Assembly: GCA_002269645.1 (NCBI GenBank) | Contig: NIVC01002165.1 | Span: forward strand, 62,001-126,000 | Direction of reading: 5' to 3' | Length of the DNA stretch: 64,000 nt | From: Macrostomum lignano | Lineage: Eukaryota | In this document: one piece after another, positions 34,800 through 46,704 of the stretch | Layout of the letters: the number at the start of each line of letters is the position of its first letter | Numbering within the stretch: the first letter of the stretch is position 1 | Made by a program: the position numbers and the translations under genes | The notes under the pieces: generated by a model | What the model saw: the letters and a program-made list of their open reading frames with translations, nothing else | Databases searched by the model: none | Told to the model about the DNA's origin: nothing

Positions 34800-35880
34800 G
34801 ACTGTCAGACGCGCACATTGGCGGCATCCTTGGTCCGCAGCGCAGTGTAGAGCTGACCGTGCATAAAGCAGTCGACGGTGAGTTCAATGCCGACAGTCTT
34901 TAGTGTCTGACTTTGCGACTTGTGGATCATGAGTCGTGCGATCCTTGCAGAAGCTTGGCCTCACCGGGAACTGAAGTCGCTTGAACACCACAGGTCCAGG
35001 TTGCTGGGGGTCAGCAGCACTTGGTCGCCCTTGAACTGTCCGGCAGCCACCTTGCACCGCAGCACATTGTCAGTCACGGCCATCACAATGAGACTAGTGG
35101 TTTTGCACAAACGGGGCGGGTTGATATTGCGAAGCAGCATCACCCCGATGCCAAGATTAAACACCAGCCGGTGCTTTGGCAGGTTGGGCGCGTCAAGACT
35201 ATTCAGCAGCTCCGGAGGGAAGTGCGTAGCACTATCCTCTTCAGGGACCGTGTCAATTGGATCGATACTAGCGAGCGCGTCCTGGGAAGAGCATCAGACA
35301 CTCCTCGTTGATCCTGTTGACCATCTCGTTGTACGGCGCAAGGATCGCACGACTCGCAGAGTACTCGTTCCGGTCAGCTGACTCGTCAAAGGAAAAGGTA
35401 GACGAACCGGACCAACCGGACCAAATGAGAGAAATTCATCCTTCAGAATCCTCTGGAACGGATCCTGATCCGATCTGAAGAAGGAACTGTGCATACTTCC
35501 GACACAGACCGTCGTCAGGGCCTCCAGTCAGACGAATATTATGGCATAGGCAATGTCTGCGGAACTTAGGCCATAAACAGATCCTGTTGACGTATGTCAG
35601 GACGTTTTTGGCCCGAGTCCCGTGCTGCACTACTGGCAGTAGCTGACGGAAGTCCCCGGCAAAGACGACAGCAGCTCCTCCAAAGGGTGCGTCAATCTTT
35701 TGAATGTCTCGCAGACTCCGATCATGGACACTTCATCCCAGACGATGAGACGCATTTCTCGAAGGACGTCAGCCTGGCTGGATTGTACGCCAATTGAGCA
35801 GATGCCCTTGTCCTTGCACCCCCTGCACCCCCGCTCGCACTCCACCATCCTCTTGCTTCAACTATTGAAAGGCATACCGA
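34800..35880 (-). pseudogene. Helitron PIF1-family helicase remnant
   Basis: LIVWDEVSM, LWPKF..NIRL..FLLQIGSG, RAILAPYNEMV..IN, PPELLNSLDAPNLPKH..VMLLRNINPPRLC, FKRLQFPVR and IHKSQSQTL..HGQLYTAL, with stops and frameshifts. Confidence 0.88.
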
Positions 35881-37605
35881 TAGGCCAGTCCTGACTTTTT
35901 CGCTTTGGTTTCCTTTTCTAGCAGTGTCTTCAGGTCTTCGCAAGACTTATCTTCTGGATTTTCCGGAAAAAAACGCATCGGCGAGCAGTTTAAAGGCCTT
36001 CTTCCCGAGTTTTGCGATGAACGCGTACTTTAGCAAATCCTCCGCCCATTTTTTGACTTTCGCGGTAGCATCGAAGCGTTGGAGCCATCGGGTCACTCCA
36101 TCTGTTTCTAGGGGTTCTATCGGAATCGTCGCCAGTGTTACGTATCGAAGAAGTCGGAGATTAACACTTTATTTATACTTAGTACCTATAAAAGTATTTT
36201 TATAGGTATTTTTAATACCGATCGAGCTATATGCTCACTTAGATACAACTGTAAGATCGGCCATAGACCATTGCTATGCACTTTTGGTGACAATAACACG
36301 CGCGTGGGATGCGTGTTAATGTCATTTTGGACATTAACACGCAACGGCAATTTAAACAATAACAAAGGGTAAATTTTATTTTTTTATGTTAGAAAAACAT
36401 CAAAAACTGTTCAACAAAGAAATCGTATGTGAATCAGTTAATACCAGGCCTACACCGAAACGTCACTCAAAAAGAATATCGATCAGATTGCGACTGCCGC
36501 CAATGGTCACTTTCATCTTCGTTGACGGAGCAGCCTGCACACGTAGTGCGCCGTCGGTCTGGACAGGCTCTTGATAAACATCCGCCACATTTCTCCATCG
36601 TAGCCTCGCTTATTGTGATTGGATTTTGGACGAGCTAGCTTAACGATCTTATTATTGACATTAGTTTCGGAAACTGTATGATTCAGCGCCTGATCCACAG
36701 CCAGAGATGCCCTATACAAACTGCGATCACGTCGCCTCGATAAGTAGCACTTAACAGTTCGCTCACACTTTCGCCCAGTGATGAGCAAGATCTCCTGGAT
36801 AGTCTGGCCACAGGCATCCAGGTGGCACGCTCTCGTTACTCTGCAGTTTAAGAAAAGTTGGCAACTGATTTGTCTAGATTCAAATGTGTTCACAGAGACA
36901 CATGAATATGGTGGGCAAAAGTACAGGTCAAACTACCTACCATATGCAGCGGTCGGTGTACACCTTAGTAAGGCCGCCTGCTTTCTCACTGACGTTCTTC
37001 ATAAACTCAAGAAGATAGCGAAAGCCTCTAGCAGCTTTTCTCGGAGAATCTATAGCGGTTCGCTGCATCTCGACTGTCTAATGACCTTGGGCATGATCGA
37101 ATGACGTGCAAATCAAGTCGAACTCGCCGGATGTTACTCCTGAAATCTCACCATTCGGCATAGCTCCGTAGTTAAATAGAGGAGGCAGAACTTCTGCCAT
37201 TGTAGTTGGCTCTGCGTCAGCCATTTCGATTTTGTTTGCGTAAATGAAAGATGCAAGCAATCAAATCTGCTGTCTTTCTACTCAGCTCTCTTAAACCTTC
37301 TGTCTCCCTCTTTATGGGATCAAAAAACTACAGTGCATGTTAATGAGCCGTATGCAGAAAGCTCTGTCTAGGGTAGTCCGGTCTTGAAAAGCTAGTCTGG
37401 ACTCGGATTTGGTATGCAGAAACACAAATTTAGACCGGTCTAGCATAGACAAAACTACCCTAGTTCTGTCTATGGTAGTTTAGTCTTACTTTGGTATGCA
37501 TAAAAGCTTTGACTAGTTAGTCTGGACTAGACAAAACCTAGCCTGCTCTAGAGCTGTCTTGATAGCTAATTTTGTATTGCCTTCGCCCTTAGACGATTGA
37601 AAGAA

Positions 37606-38658
37606 ATGAATATTTTGGTTGCGATAGATTTAGTTCAGCGAGACCTCCATCGACAACGCATATTTCGTGATCGGTTGGAACCACTTTAGCAATTCTCGGA
37701 GGTTGAAATTAAAAGACTGTTTCGGTTCGAACCTAGATCACTTCTATCACTTGTGGAGCTTGTCGAGACAGATTTCGAACGGACGACAATGCGTAACAGA
37801 AGCCTGACTCCCATGCTACAGCTGTGCCTGACACTATCTTATCTCGGCACTGGAAGCTTTCAGCAGAACCTGTCTGCTCTTGGAGGTATCGACCAAAGCA
37901 CCATGTCCCGCTGCTACTGGAGAGTGGTCAGGATACTGAATCTCCGCTTGAATAACATCCGCTATCCAGAGCCAGGTGTTGAGCGGACTCGAGTGTCAAC
38001 GGGGTTTAATCAAATTGGTCAACTGGCAGATGTAATCGGTGCTATCGACTGGACGCATGTACGAATTCAAAGGCCATCTAATGATAACTTTCCAGATGAA
38101 TTCATTAATCGTAAAAACTACCACTCTATTAACGTCCAAGCAGTCTGCGATGCGAGATACTTCTTTCTCGAAATAACTGCTCAATGGCCTGGTTCAGTCC
38201 ATGACTCGAGAATATTTCGCAACAGTTTTCTTTTTGGATCGCTTCTAGACGCCCAATAGGAGGGCTATCTTGTCGGAGATTCTTGATACCGACTCTGCGA
38301 TTTTCTACTCACTCCATATCAAAACCCAGATGGCCGGCAGAGAATATTCAATCGCGAACTCAGCCGAACGAGAGTTCGAATCGAGCAGATATTCGGAATT
38401 TTAAAGCGCCGTTTCAACTGCGTTGGTTGCATCCTACGCGTACCACTAGACCGTGTACCAACATTAATTGTGACCTGTTGTAAGCTACACAATTTCGCTC
38501 GCACCCAGAACGATCCTCATGATGATCTTCCTGAGCATCTCGCAGCAGAATGGGATGATCCGGAGCCAGAAGTAGTTAATTACAACGCCAATCAACGGGA
38601 ACAGCAAAGACAAAGGAGAGGCCATCAACTTCGAGACCAAATCAGCAATGCAATGTAA
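37606..38658 (+). pseudogene. Harbinger transposase with premature stops and a frameshift
   Basis: RQRIFRDRLEPL*, LSYLGTGSFQ, GAIDWTHVRI, INVQAVCD, WPGSVHDSRIF, AQ*EGYLVGDS*, CCKLHNF. Confidence 0.88.
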
Positions 38659-38887
38659 TTTATTTATTGATTAACACAAAGTATGACAACGTTATGCGAA
38701 ATTAAGAAAAACCTAGGGAACCCATTTTGACCATGTGCAATTGCTAACCTGAACCATCTAATCATTTAATAGTAAATAGTTACCGTTTTAACAGTTATTC
38801 ACTGTAACAGCTTCAGTTTTTGCAGTGAAATATTGTCAGTAACTCATACGCGACTGCTTTTATCCGAGCTAAAAATAAACCGAGTAC

Positions 38888-39610
38888 TCAAAAAAGACCA
38901 AAAAACTTTTGCTCGGAGTCTTTTGTCTTGTCCTTGGCACATCGTAACAGATCTCGAATCTCCTTCAAAACGTCGATCTTCTCCCGTTCTAGGGCTAGCT
39001 TCTCTTCCTTGAGTTTTAGCTTCTTATGCTCAAACTCGATGAGCTCGTCAGAAAAGTTTTTTTCTTAGACTTTCTTCTTTCGCTGATGGCTGACTTCGCC
39101 CGAAGCCAGTGATTGTCGAGACGGATTCACAGGGACAGCATTGTCTGACTCCGATTGAGTGGTAGAGCCGCTAATTTGCAACGTCGATTGATCTTGTTGA
39201 CTAGCGTTCGCGGATGCCCCAGATAGTGCCTGTGTCCTGGATGCATCAAAATGTTCCTTTTCAGTCAGGCCAACGCTCAATCCAAATGACAAGGTGTTAG
39301 GCGCGGGTTGTCCCCACCAATTACCTCCAACACCTTGAAGTCATTAGAGGACATTTTTTGGAGCTGGCCCGCCTCCAGTCTTCTTCGTAGTTTTTTCCTT
39401 AACTGGTTGCAAGATGTTTTTCCATTTTTTCTTCACCTGGTCGACCGTGTAATTGGTCTTGAAGTGGTCGTTTACTTGAGATGTTACGCCTTCCCAAGCG
39501 TTTGCCCTTCTTCGCCTGAATGCAGGCGTTTGGCCCTTCGACAAAATTGAAGCCGAATGTCTTTGTAGAATGTCAAGAAGAACTGTTTCGTAGTCTGTTG
39601 TCGCTGACAT
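38888..39610 (-). pseudogene. Harbinger Myb/SANT-like DNA-binding accessory gene, frameshifted
   Basis: RRANAWEGVTSQVN..TVDQVKKKWKNI..KTGGGP, then VLEVIGGDNP, then a C-terminal coiled coil (KLKLKEEKLALEREKIDVLKEI). Confidence 0.75.
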
Positions 39611-41905
39611 TTCAGAAGTATACGCAAATGCACAGAGAACCAGTATAGGAACGGTTAAGTTAGCGACCCAGTATTTAAACAGAAAGCATTTACAGGGGTT
39701 TGGGCCATAGAACTAAAAAAATCATTAAAACTAGGCGCTAAAGTTGGGCGCTCTGTCTAGCTTAGACTAGTCTAGCCTAGACGAATCTCGATAGTCGCGA
39801 CTAGCTTTTGTGCATACCGATTTTAAGACCATAGACAGAACTACCCAGTCCGGACTAGCTAGTCTGGACTAAGCTTTCTGCATACGGCCCAATGTCGATG
39901 TGGGCCATAGACTAAAATTTATTTAAATTTCATTGTAGAAAGTGGGGGCTACGCCCCCACACCCCCATTCTCACTCTCCCCCCTCCTCGACTCCTTCCGG
40001 CGCCAACTAATGCCATAGACGAAAGCGCATACTTTCGCTGACATTAGCATGCACGTCGGTTGCGAACTAATGTCACTTTTGACATTAACACGCAGATAAA
40101 GAAACATGAAAAAACTGTTTATTTATACTTAGAAAACTAACACGTTGGACACTGATTGAATATTATTGGTCATTTAAAACCAGGCCATAGTACACAGTGT
40201 TTTCATCCAAACATTAACATCGATTAGAATGCTACTACGCTCGCACCGTCAATGCTCACTCTCATCTTCTTTGATGGGACAGCCTGAACACGCAATATGC
40301 TGTCGATCATGACAGACTCTTGACAGACACTGACAGACTGTGACAGTGTCGCCTCGCTACTTGAAATCTGACGATCCGGCTCAACAGTCCCACCAGATGC
40401 GGAGGCATCGCGATTCAGCGCCTTTTCCGCGGCCAGGGACGCTCTCTATACACAAACTCCGGTCACGCCTCGACAGAAAGCGCTTGACAGGTTGATAGTT
40501 CAATTTAACTCATTTGTTAAACTCTCGAAATTCTCGATTGTCAGTGCTGGCATCGTTAATGAAAATCTTCGCTTCCGTTAATGGTAAAAGCTTTGTAGTG
40601 CTTGAGACTACAGAGACTACTGTAGTGCTTGAGTGCTGGAGAAACTATATGCGAGTTGCAACCACGAGCACAACAACACCTCGAGTTTAAAATTGAGCTG
40701 CTCGTATTTTTCTGTCTCTAATATTACTGATACACAATGTTTGAACATATCTACTCTTACATAAAATCCGATTGGTCATTTAATTGACGTTTAATGGGCG
40801 CGTTCGCAGCAAGGAATCAGTAGTCTATGGTACAAATACGCTCGTACTTCTATACCGAGACCAATAAATCATTTAATGGTCTTCAAACGGAGCCCATTAA
40901 ATGATTTAATGGTCTCAGAAAGACTAGTTCTACCATACGAGCGTAGATTAATAAACAATTAATGTGTATCTGATGTCGCAAATAGAAAACGAGAAAAAAT
41001 AGAATACGAATAATGCATAACTCATGCTTCTTCTCAATAGTTTTCCATGCTAGCTTCAAAAAGGCTGCACGCACCCAACAGGATTTCCTTTTTATAGGAC
41101 CGTCAATGACGATAGACTTCACTCCGTGTGCATTAGAGGACTCACAAGACTCATCAGAAGCGACAAGCTCACCGATGGGACCGTTGCTCGGGTTTGCTTC
41201 TGGAACAGAGATGCCTTGTAAAGCACTGGACACAATCCTAGCCACCTTAGCAGAGGGACCGATGATTCTCAGACATCCTGTGCCCCAAGTCGGTCGAATC
41301 AAGCAACTCACCCACACGGCTTGTCGAAGGTAAAGATTAACGCACCGCATCAGCTGCAGGTGGATTCTCAAATGTGTTGAAGAAATCAGAGAATTCGACG
41401 TCTTCCTCAGCGCCAGCCATAGCAAATTTAACAGCACGAATCCTCGGTAAAGTAGTTAGACTGATTTTGTCGCACTCGCTTCTTTCCTCTTTAGAACTTC
41501 TTTCACTTGCTGACTGTCTTAAGAAAATTCCTACTAAAGTATTGTCTATGGCCCGGGAGAAATATTTAAGACTGTGTGAGAATTATAAAATGTTTTGAGA
41601 AATTCTACATATAAGTTTGTCACCCCTAAAACAACAGTCTGCAGGATTTTTTTAAAATAAATACTCCTAAAGACGCGAGATTGTGTACTTGTAGTAGCGA
41701 ATACAGCATACACATCTTATTTTTTAACTTCAGAATTACGAAAGTATGCGCTTCGTCACAGGTTGTTGCTCAACCTTTTAAAAAATATGATTTAAAAATA
41801 TCTTTCGAGATTGGCAACGCTTAAAATACAGTGATGCTTTCCAAACGGATTTCGCAAAATTTGATCACCATGGTTTCACCATAGACAAATTCGGTCGATT
41901 TCTCA

Positions 41906-41928
41906 GGGACCGATTTCATGAAGCACTG
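41906..41928. mobile_element. Harbinger-type terminal inverted repeat, possibly the 3' end of the minus-strand Harbinger starting at 55823
   Basis: GGGACCGATTTCATGAAGCACTG is 22/23 identical to the reverse complement of 55801-55823. No matching TSD was found. Confidence 0.5.
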
Positions 41929-41939
41929 GTAAGCTAGTA

Positions 41940-43704
41940 TTGGTTTTGTCAGCCTAACTGAGAATAAAGCCATCCAAAGTGAGAATCCTGCCTACGCTGA
42001 CTGCGAAGGGCCTGGCTGCGTGCAGCCTTAGTCTATGGGCCATAGACTATAAAGGATAAGCAAAGTGATAAAAGCCATCCAATGTGAGAATCGATTGGTC
42101 TATGCGTCGTATTCTTTTATTTTTATACCTTCTGAGCCATATGACTAGCCAATAGCTTGAACGGAATAACGGAAACAGGAACACACTGGATGATACAGTA
42201 CAGTAAAGTAAAGAGTTAAAATAGCCGTCCCTCAATGCACTGCCCAAAGAGTCGTCTGCAATGCAGGTCCCACGCGGCAGCCTTCCCAGCAGTGACTGTG
42301 TCGTCAATCGCTTCGCGCGCCTCCCTCTCTAACAGCATGAATCGCCACTCCTCTTGGTTGACGCCATCTGGAGCAACGGCCTCCTCGTTGACTAGTCCAG
42401 CGTCTGCCAGGCGGCTTTTGATCCGTGCCTTCAGCGCACTGTTGGCCAGTTCCGATGGGTTGAGGAAGGGTGAGTATGGCGGCAGGATGCGAATCGAGAT
42501 CTTCTCTTGTAGTTGCTCCGGCACCCTGGCTCCCCTGTGGAAGTGCGGGCCGTCCATCACAACCAGCCAGCTTCCATCGGCATCGAGCTCATTGCATCGC
42601 TCTGCCAAGAAGTTGATGAACTCCTGGAAGCGAACCAGCGTCTGACCACCCCGCTGCACGGTCGAGTGCACCAGGCCAAACTCTGCGCAGATAGCCATGC
42701 AGACGGTCACGTTTGGGCCTCTTTGTGTCGTCACAGTCCGCTTAACAGGGCGACCCCTGATAGCACGGCCTTGCGATCGCCGTAGCCACAAGTTTAATCC
42801 AGTTTCGTCCAAATAGACGATGTGTACGGAGGCGTCAAGGTGCAGCATGAAGTTGGCATATTCTCTCCGGGCCTCGATGTTTTCAGGCAGATTGCAGCTC
42901 GCTCTGGTGTCACTGCCCTTCGTTCCGAGCTTCAGGGTGTATAGCATCCCTTGGAGCATCCGATCGACCGTCTTGTACCCCACTTGAGGCTTCTCCGGAA
43001 ACTGTGCAGCCATGCAGTTGGCCATCTCTTTTAACGTTAGGAAGGGGTTCTCTTGCAGCTTCTGGTTCAGAAATTGCCGCATTTCATCATCAACTTTAAG
43101 AAGTCGTTGACCACCGCGAGGAAGCGCATTAGTTCTTCCTTCTAGGCGATGCTGACGGGCAATTCTATAGGCAGTTGAGACAGGCAGTTGCAGGACGGCT
43201 GCTGCTTCCCTTAGTGAGCTTCCATTTTCAATGGCCGCAATGAGTCGCTGGCGGTCCACAGATGAGGCGGGCATTTTTATTGCAGTGGTGAAGACTGAAC
43301 TCTGTTAATTCTAAGTGTTGGATAAATAGGCAAGAAAGCAACGAGACTGTGGGTGATGGAGTAAGCAGTGATGGAGGAGTTGCGCTTGGATGAGTGGAGA
43401 GAGCTGGGGGAAAGAGAAAAAGCGATCGATTCTCACATTGGATGCCTTTTTAAAACTTTGCTTGTCCTTTATAGTCTATTGATTTTTATAGTTAGAGATG
43501 GCTCATAGACTAGGCTGGACGCAGCTAGGCCCTTCGTATTCAGCGTAGGCAGGATTCTCACATTGGATGGCTTTTTCACTTTGCTTATCCTTTATAGTCT
43601 ATGGCCCATATACTAAGGCTGCACGCAGCCAGGCCCTTCGCAGTCAGCGTAGGCAGGATTCTCACTTTGGATGGCTTTATTCTCAGTTAGGCTGACAAAA
43701 CCAA
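41940..43704 (-). mobile_element. IS630/Tc1-mariner transposon with long IR/DR-type TIRs, apparently intact
   Basis: TA TSD at 41938-39 and 43705-06. ~152-bp TIRs at 41940-42092 and 43553-43704 are nearly identical. Internal direct repeats AAGCCATCCAAWGTGAGAATC. Confidence 0.93.
42216..43274 (-). CDS. IS630/Tc1-family transposase (352 aa, DD33E)
   Basis: N-terminal HTH (SSLREAAAVLQLPVSTAYRI), then VYLDETG, VVMDGPHFH and LPPYSPFLNPSE. Uninterrupted ORF. Confidence 0.92.
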   Translation of the reverse strand: MPASSVDRQRLIAAIENGSSLREAAAVLQLPVSTAYRIARQHRLEGRTNALPRGGQRLLKVDDEMRQFLNQKLQENPFLTLKEMANCMAAQFPEKPQVGYKTVDRMLQGMLYTLKLGTKGSDTRASCNLPENIEARREYANFMLHLDASVHIVYLDETGLNLWLRRSQGRAIRGRPVKRTVTTQRGPNVTVCMAICAEFGLVHSTVQRGGQTLVRFQEFINFLAERCNELDADGSWLVVMDGPHFHRGARVPEQLQEKISIRILPPYSPFLNPSELANSALKARIKSRLADAGLVNEEAVAPDGVNQEEWRFMLLEREAREAIDDTVTAGKAAAWDLHCRRLFGQCIEGRLF

Positions 43705-43839
43705 TAGCAGCGACATTGACCGCGGATATTTAACAGTCTGCTAAAATTTGGTTATATAAAAAACAGATGAATATCCGCTGTTAAATTTCCGCAGCTGCTA
43801 CTCTGCTAAGCAGTAGTCTCAAGATGTGCCATAGACAAT

Positions 43840-45370
43840 TCTTTTGGAATGAAAAGAGAGGTCGTAGACCGAAATAGTGCTTTGTATACACAACTACGAG
43901 TATATTCTAGTGATAGATTTGTTGTTACAAAGTTTCTACTGCCAAGCAGAAGCTTTTGTTTTTGATATAGTATGGCTAGCGAATCCCAGTAGCTAGCGAC
44001 TTGTCTATGTGCCAATCTGCAGTTTCGCCCCCGCGTCTCTGCTTGTCCTCTGTTTATCGTTGATGCTGACCTGCTTCTCCGCAAGTCTAGTCTTAACGGT
44101 ACGGAGTCTTTTTTGCAGCGACTCTGGATTTTCGGTAGAATTTTCTCCATTGTCCTCTGGAAAATGAATAAGGCATTTGTCTTTTAACGCGGAATAGGCA
44201 TTTTGACGTTGTAATGATCGACAAATTATGGGCCGCTTCGTCCAATCCAATCTGCCAGTAAGCAGATCGCAGGTCAACACTGGCGAACCTCTTCGCATTA
44301 TTGAGCTTTGCAAGTAAGCATTCCACGCTAAGAATTGGATAATCCTCAGACCGGATTTGGCATTCACATGCACACTGTAGTCAGCACACATCCTCAAAGT
44401 GCCATCTTTCTTTTTCACCCAAACCACTAGGGAAGAGTTACTCACCGGGCCGTCAACTGGCTCGATCACGCCCAGCTTCTGCAACCTGTCCAGCTCAGCG
44501 TTGACAGCATGCTCGAGAGCTATTGCTACAGGACTGGCGCCCTTGATGAGCATCATCTTAGCCTTGACGCCCTACATTATCGGTAGAGTCTTCACTGGTG
44601 GCCTGGCTGCGGCGCTGGCTGAGGTCACATTAAAGAGCTGGTCAGATTCCAGCAGGTCCCTACCCAGAAGTCCAAACGACTTTGACGCACGTACAAAAGT
44701 CAGGTCTGCGGGATGCAGTCAACCACAAAACTCAATGACGGTGGAGCGCGTACCTAACACCTTCAGCTGGTGGCCATCATAGGCGTAAAGGCGGCGGTGG
44801 AACAACTTAAGCGCCGGACGCTTGAGCGAGTCCCAAATGCTTGTCAAGATGATTCTGACGGATGCACCGGTTTCCAGCTGCATCGGCACGAAAACCCCGT
44901 CAATGGAAATTTTTTCCAGACCTGGTCTCTATCAAGTTGATTGCATCTGCGTCAGATAGATGTAGAATATCGGTGCTCTTGTCGTTGCTTGGTCTCTCAG
45001 TGGTGTCGGACCATGTCCCTTCCACATTGTGCACGGGCTTTGATCGGGTGGAACGACATACGAAAGCGAAATGGTCGAGCTTGCTAGATTTGCAGCACCG
45101 CTGTCGGAAGGCCGAGCATTTTCCAGCGGCGTGGGTCTTTCCACAGTAGCGACAATAGTGATGCGAGCTTTGGTGCTTGTGGTCACCGTGGTGGATTTCA
45201 GCATGCGACTCGCAAGCACCGCTTGAAGTGGTCGTAGACAGGCTGCCTGCGGACTTTACGACTGAAGCCTGACCTGCAACGAAGTCCTTTACTTGTCCGA
45301 TTTGGCTTGTCAGGTCAACAATATCCACAGTACTGAGTTATTTTGCCTGCATCGCTTCGAGCACTCTCTG
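43840..45370 (-). pseudogene. Degraded Mag-like Gypsy gag-pro-RT fragment without LTRs
   Basis: Zinc knuckles CRYCGKTH..C..CCKSSKLDHFAFVC, protease QLETGASV..LLGRDLL, and RT ELDRLQKLGVIEPV..KKKDGTLRMCADY..VDLRSAYWQI, with many lesions. Confidence 0.85.
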
Positions 45371-46704
45371 TTGCCTTCGTGGGCAAATGAAGCTGCATGT
45401 AAGTGAATAAAAATAATGTTAGCAACAGTTCGATTACAGTTTCAGCAAAACGCCAGCAATCAGTTAGTCGAGTGCCACTCAAAGAAACACGGCTCCAGGC
45501 AAAGCCCAGGCTGACCGTCACAGCCTTGGCTGAAGTAGACGGTCCGCTTTTTCAGTCTGCGCTGGTAACAAACTCGGCAACGCTTGGTAGGCCGTTCTTG
45601 TGCCGCTGTAGCGGGTAGCTTTTCCAGCCGGTGATGGATGTCGCCTGGCTGACGGGGAAGAGCCGGACGCTGAACTCTGGATCGACCATTCCCACTGCTT
45701 TCAATCAAGTGCTTTACACACCTTTCAGTGTAGTTGAGAAAGCTCATGGATCCACCTAGATGTCGGTACACAATCCAGGAGTTGCGAAACAGTTGCTGTA
45801 GCAGAAACACCGCCAGCTTTACGAACCATTTATGTGTTCGGCGACATGCGGATGTAAGGCTCGGCTGCATCCGATCCACACCTCTCATGTTCTGATTATA
45901 TTGCAACACCGAGTTGGGCTTCAGCAGCTGCTGCTCCACACCACCGCGTAGTACCCGGCTAACTAAAGAGCTGGCAGCTGTTGAAGAGGAGTCCAACAGA
46001 TAGACAGTCTTTGTTCCTGAGCTTCGCCTGTCAACCAGCTTCACAGTGAGGATATCACCATGTCGGGCAAAGGAATCACTCTGTGGTTGCAAGAGCATAT
46101 CTCGCAGTGTTATGTCCTGAAGAAGCCACACACGATGATTGTAGCGATGGTATGCGAGTCTGGCTCGTCTTAAATATGATCAGCTCTGATCTTTCTCGTT
46201 TTATTATCCCCAAGCTCATCGACTTGGATTGCTTCACGACCTGTAGCCATAGCTTTTCATTAGAGTCTATGGCTCGACATGGCTATTCGTACGTAGCAAT
46301 AATAGTAAATAAAACTCTGCCTTTATACTTAAGGCTAGTATGTAACACCTCCCTTCTTTTAAAAAATGAACTTGCACACTCTAACAGTTCAGATGTACTC
46401 GCAAGTTCACTCCTTGTAGTTGACGCTGGACTTCCCACACAGACGGCGACTTCTCCTGAGGCCCAACTCCTCAGGGGCCGATTTCACGAAACACTGCTAA
46501 CAGCTATTTAGCCACTGCTAACTGCTAAAAGCAGTGGCTGGGTTTCTCAAAGTGACTGCTAAGTAGCAGCGTCTAGCTGTCTATGGCTAGCAGGTCAGAT
46601 CGGGTGCCGAGGGTGGGAGAGTTGATTTCACGAAGCTAGCAGACGTCGACTAGCAAGGCTAAACTAGCAGCTGCTTTTCAGCCAGCCTCAACCCTGGTTA
46701 GTCA

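Larger units (their letters stand above)
37345..39890 (+). mobile_element. Full-length but defective PIF/Harbinger transposon with two convergent genes
   Basis: 18-bp TIRs G(A/G)GCCGTATGCAGAAAGC. 3-bp TSD AAT at 37342-44 and 39891-93. Transposase on +, Myb/SANT-like gene on -. Confidence 0.9.

Noticed and set aside
36380-37280. Possible degraded HTH/Tc1-like transposase on the minus strand (GQTIQEILLITGRKCERTVK)
   Set aside because: Only weak HTH-like wording, with no catalytic motifs or termini.
40865-40927. 15-bp perfect hairpin followed by CTAG, resembling a Helitron 3' end
   Set aside because: The hairpin is AT-rich, on the opposite strand to the helicase remnant, and explicable as a local template-switch duplication.
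45370-45460. 3' TIR and TTAA of the piggyBac
   Set aside because: No TTAA-CCACTT counterpart to the candidate end at 54730 was found. The end seems deleted, so full element boundaries are not claimed.
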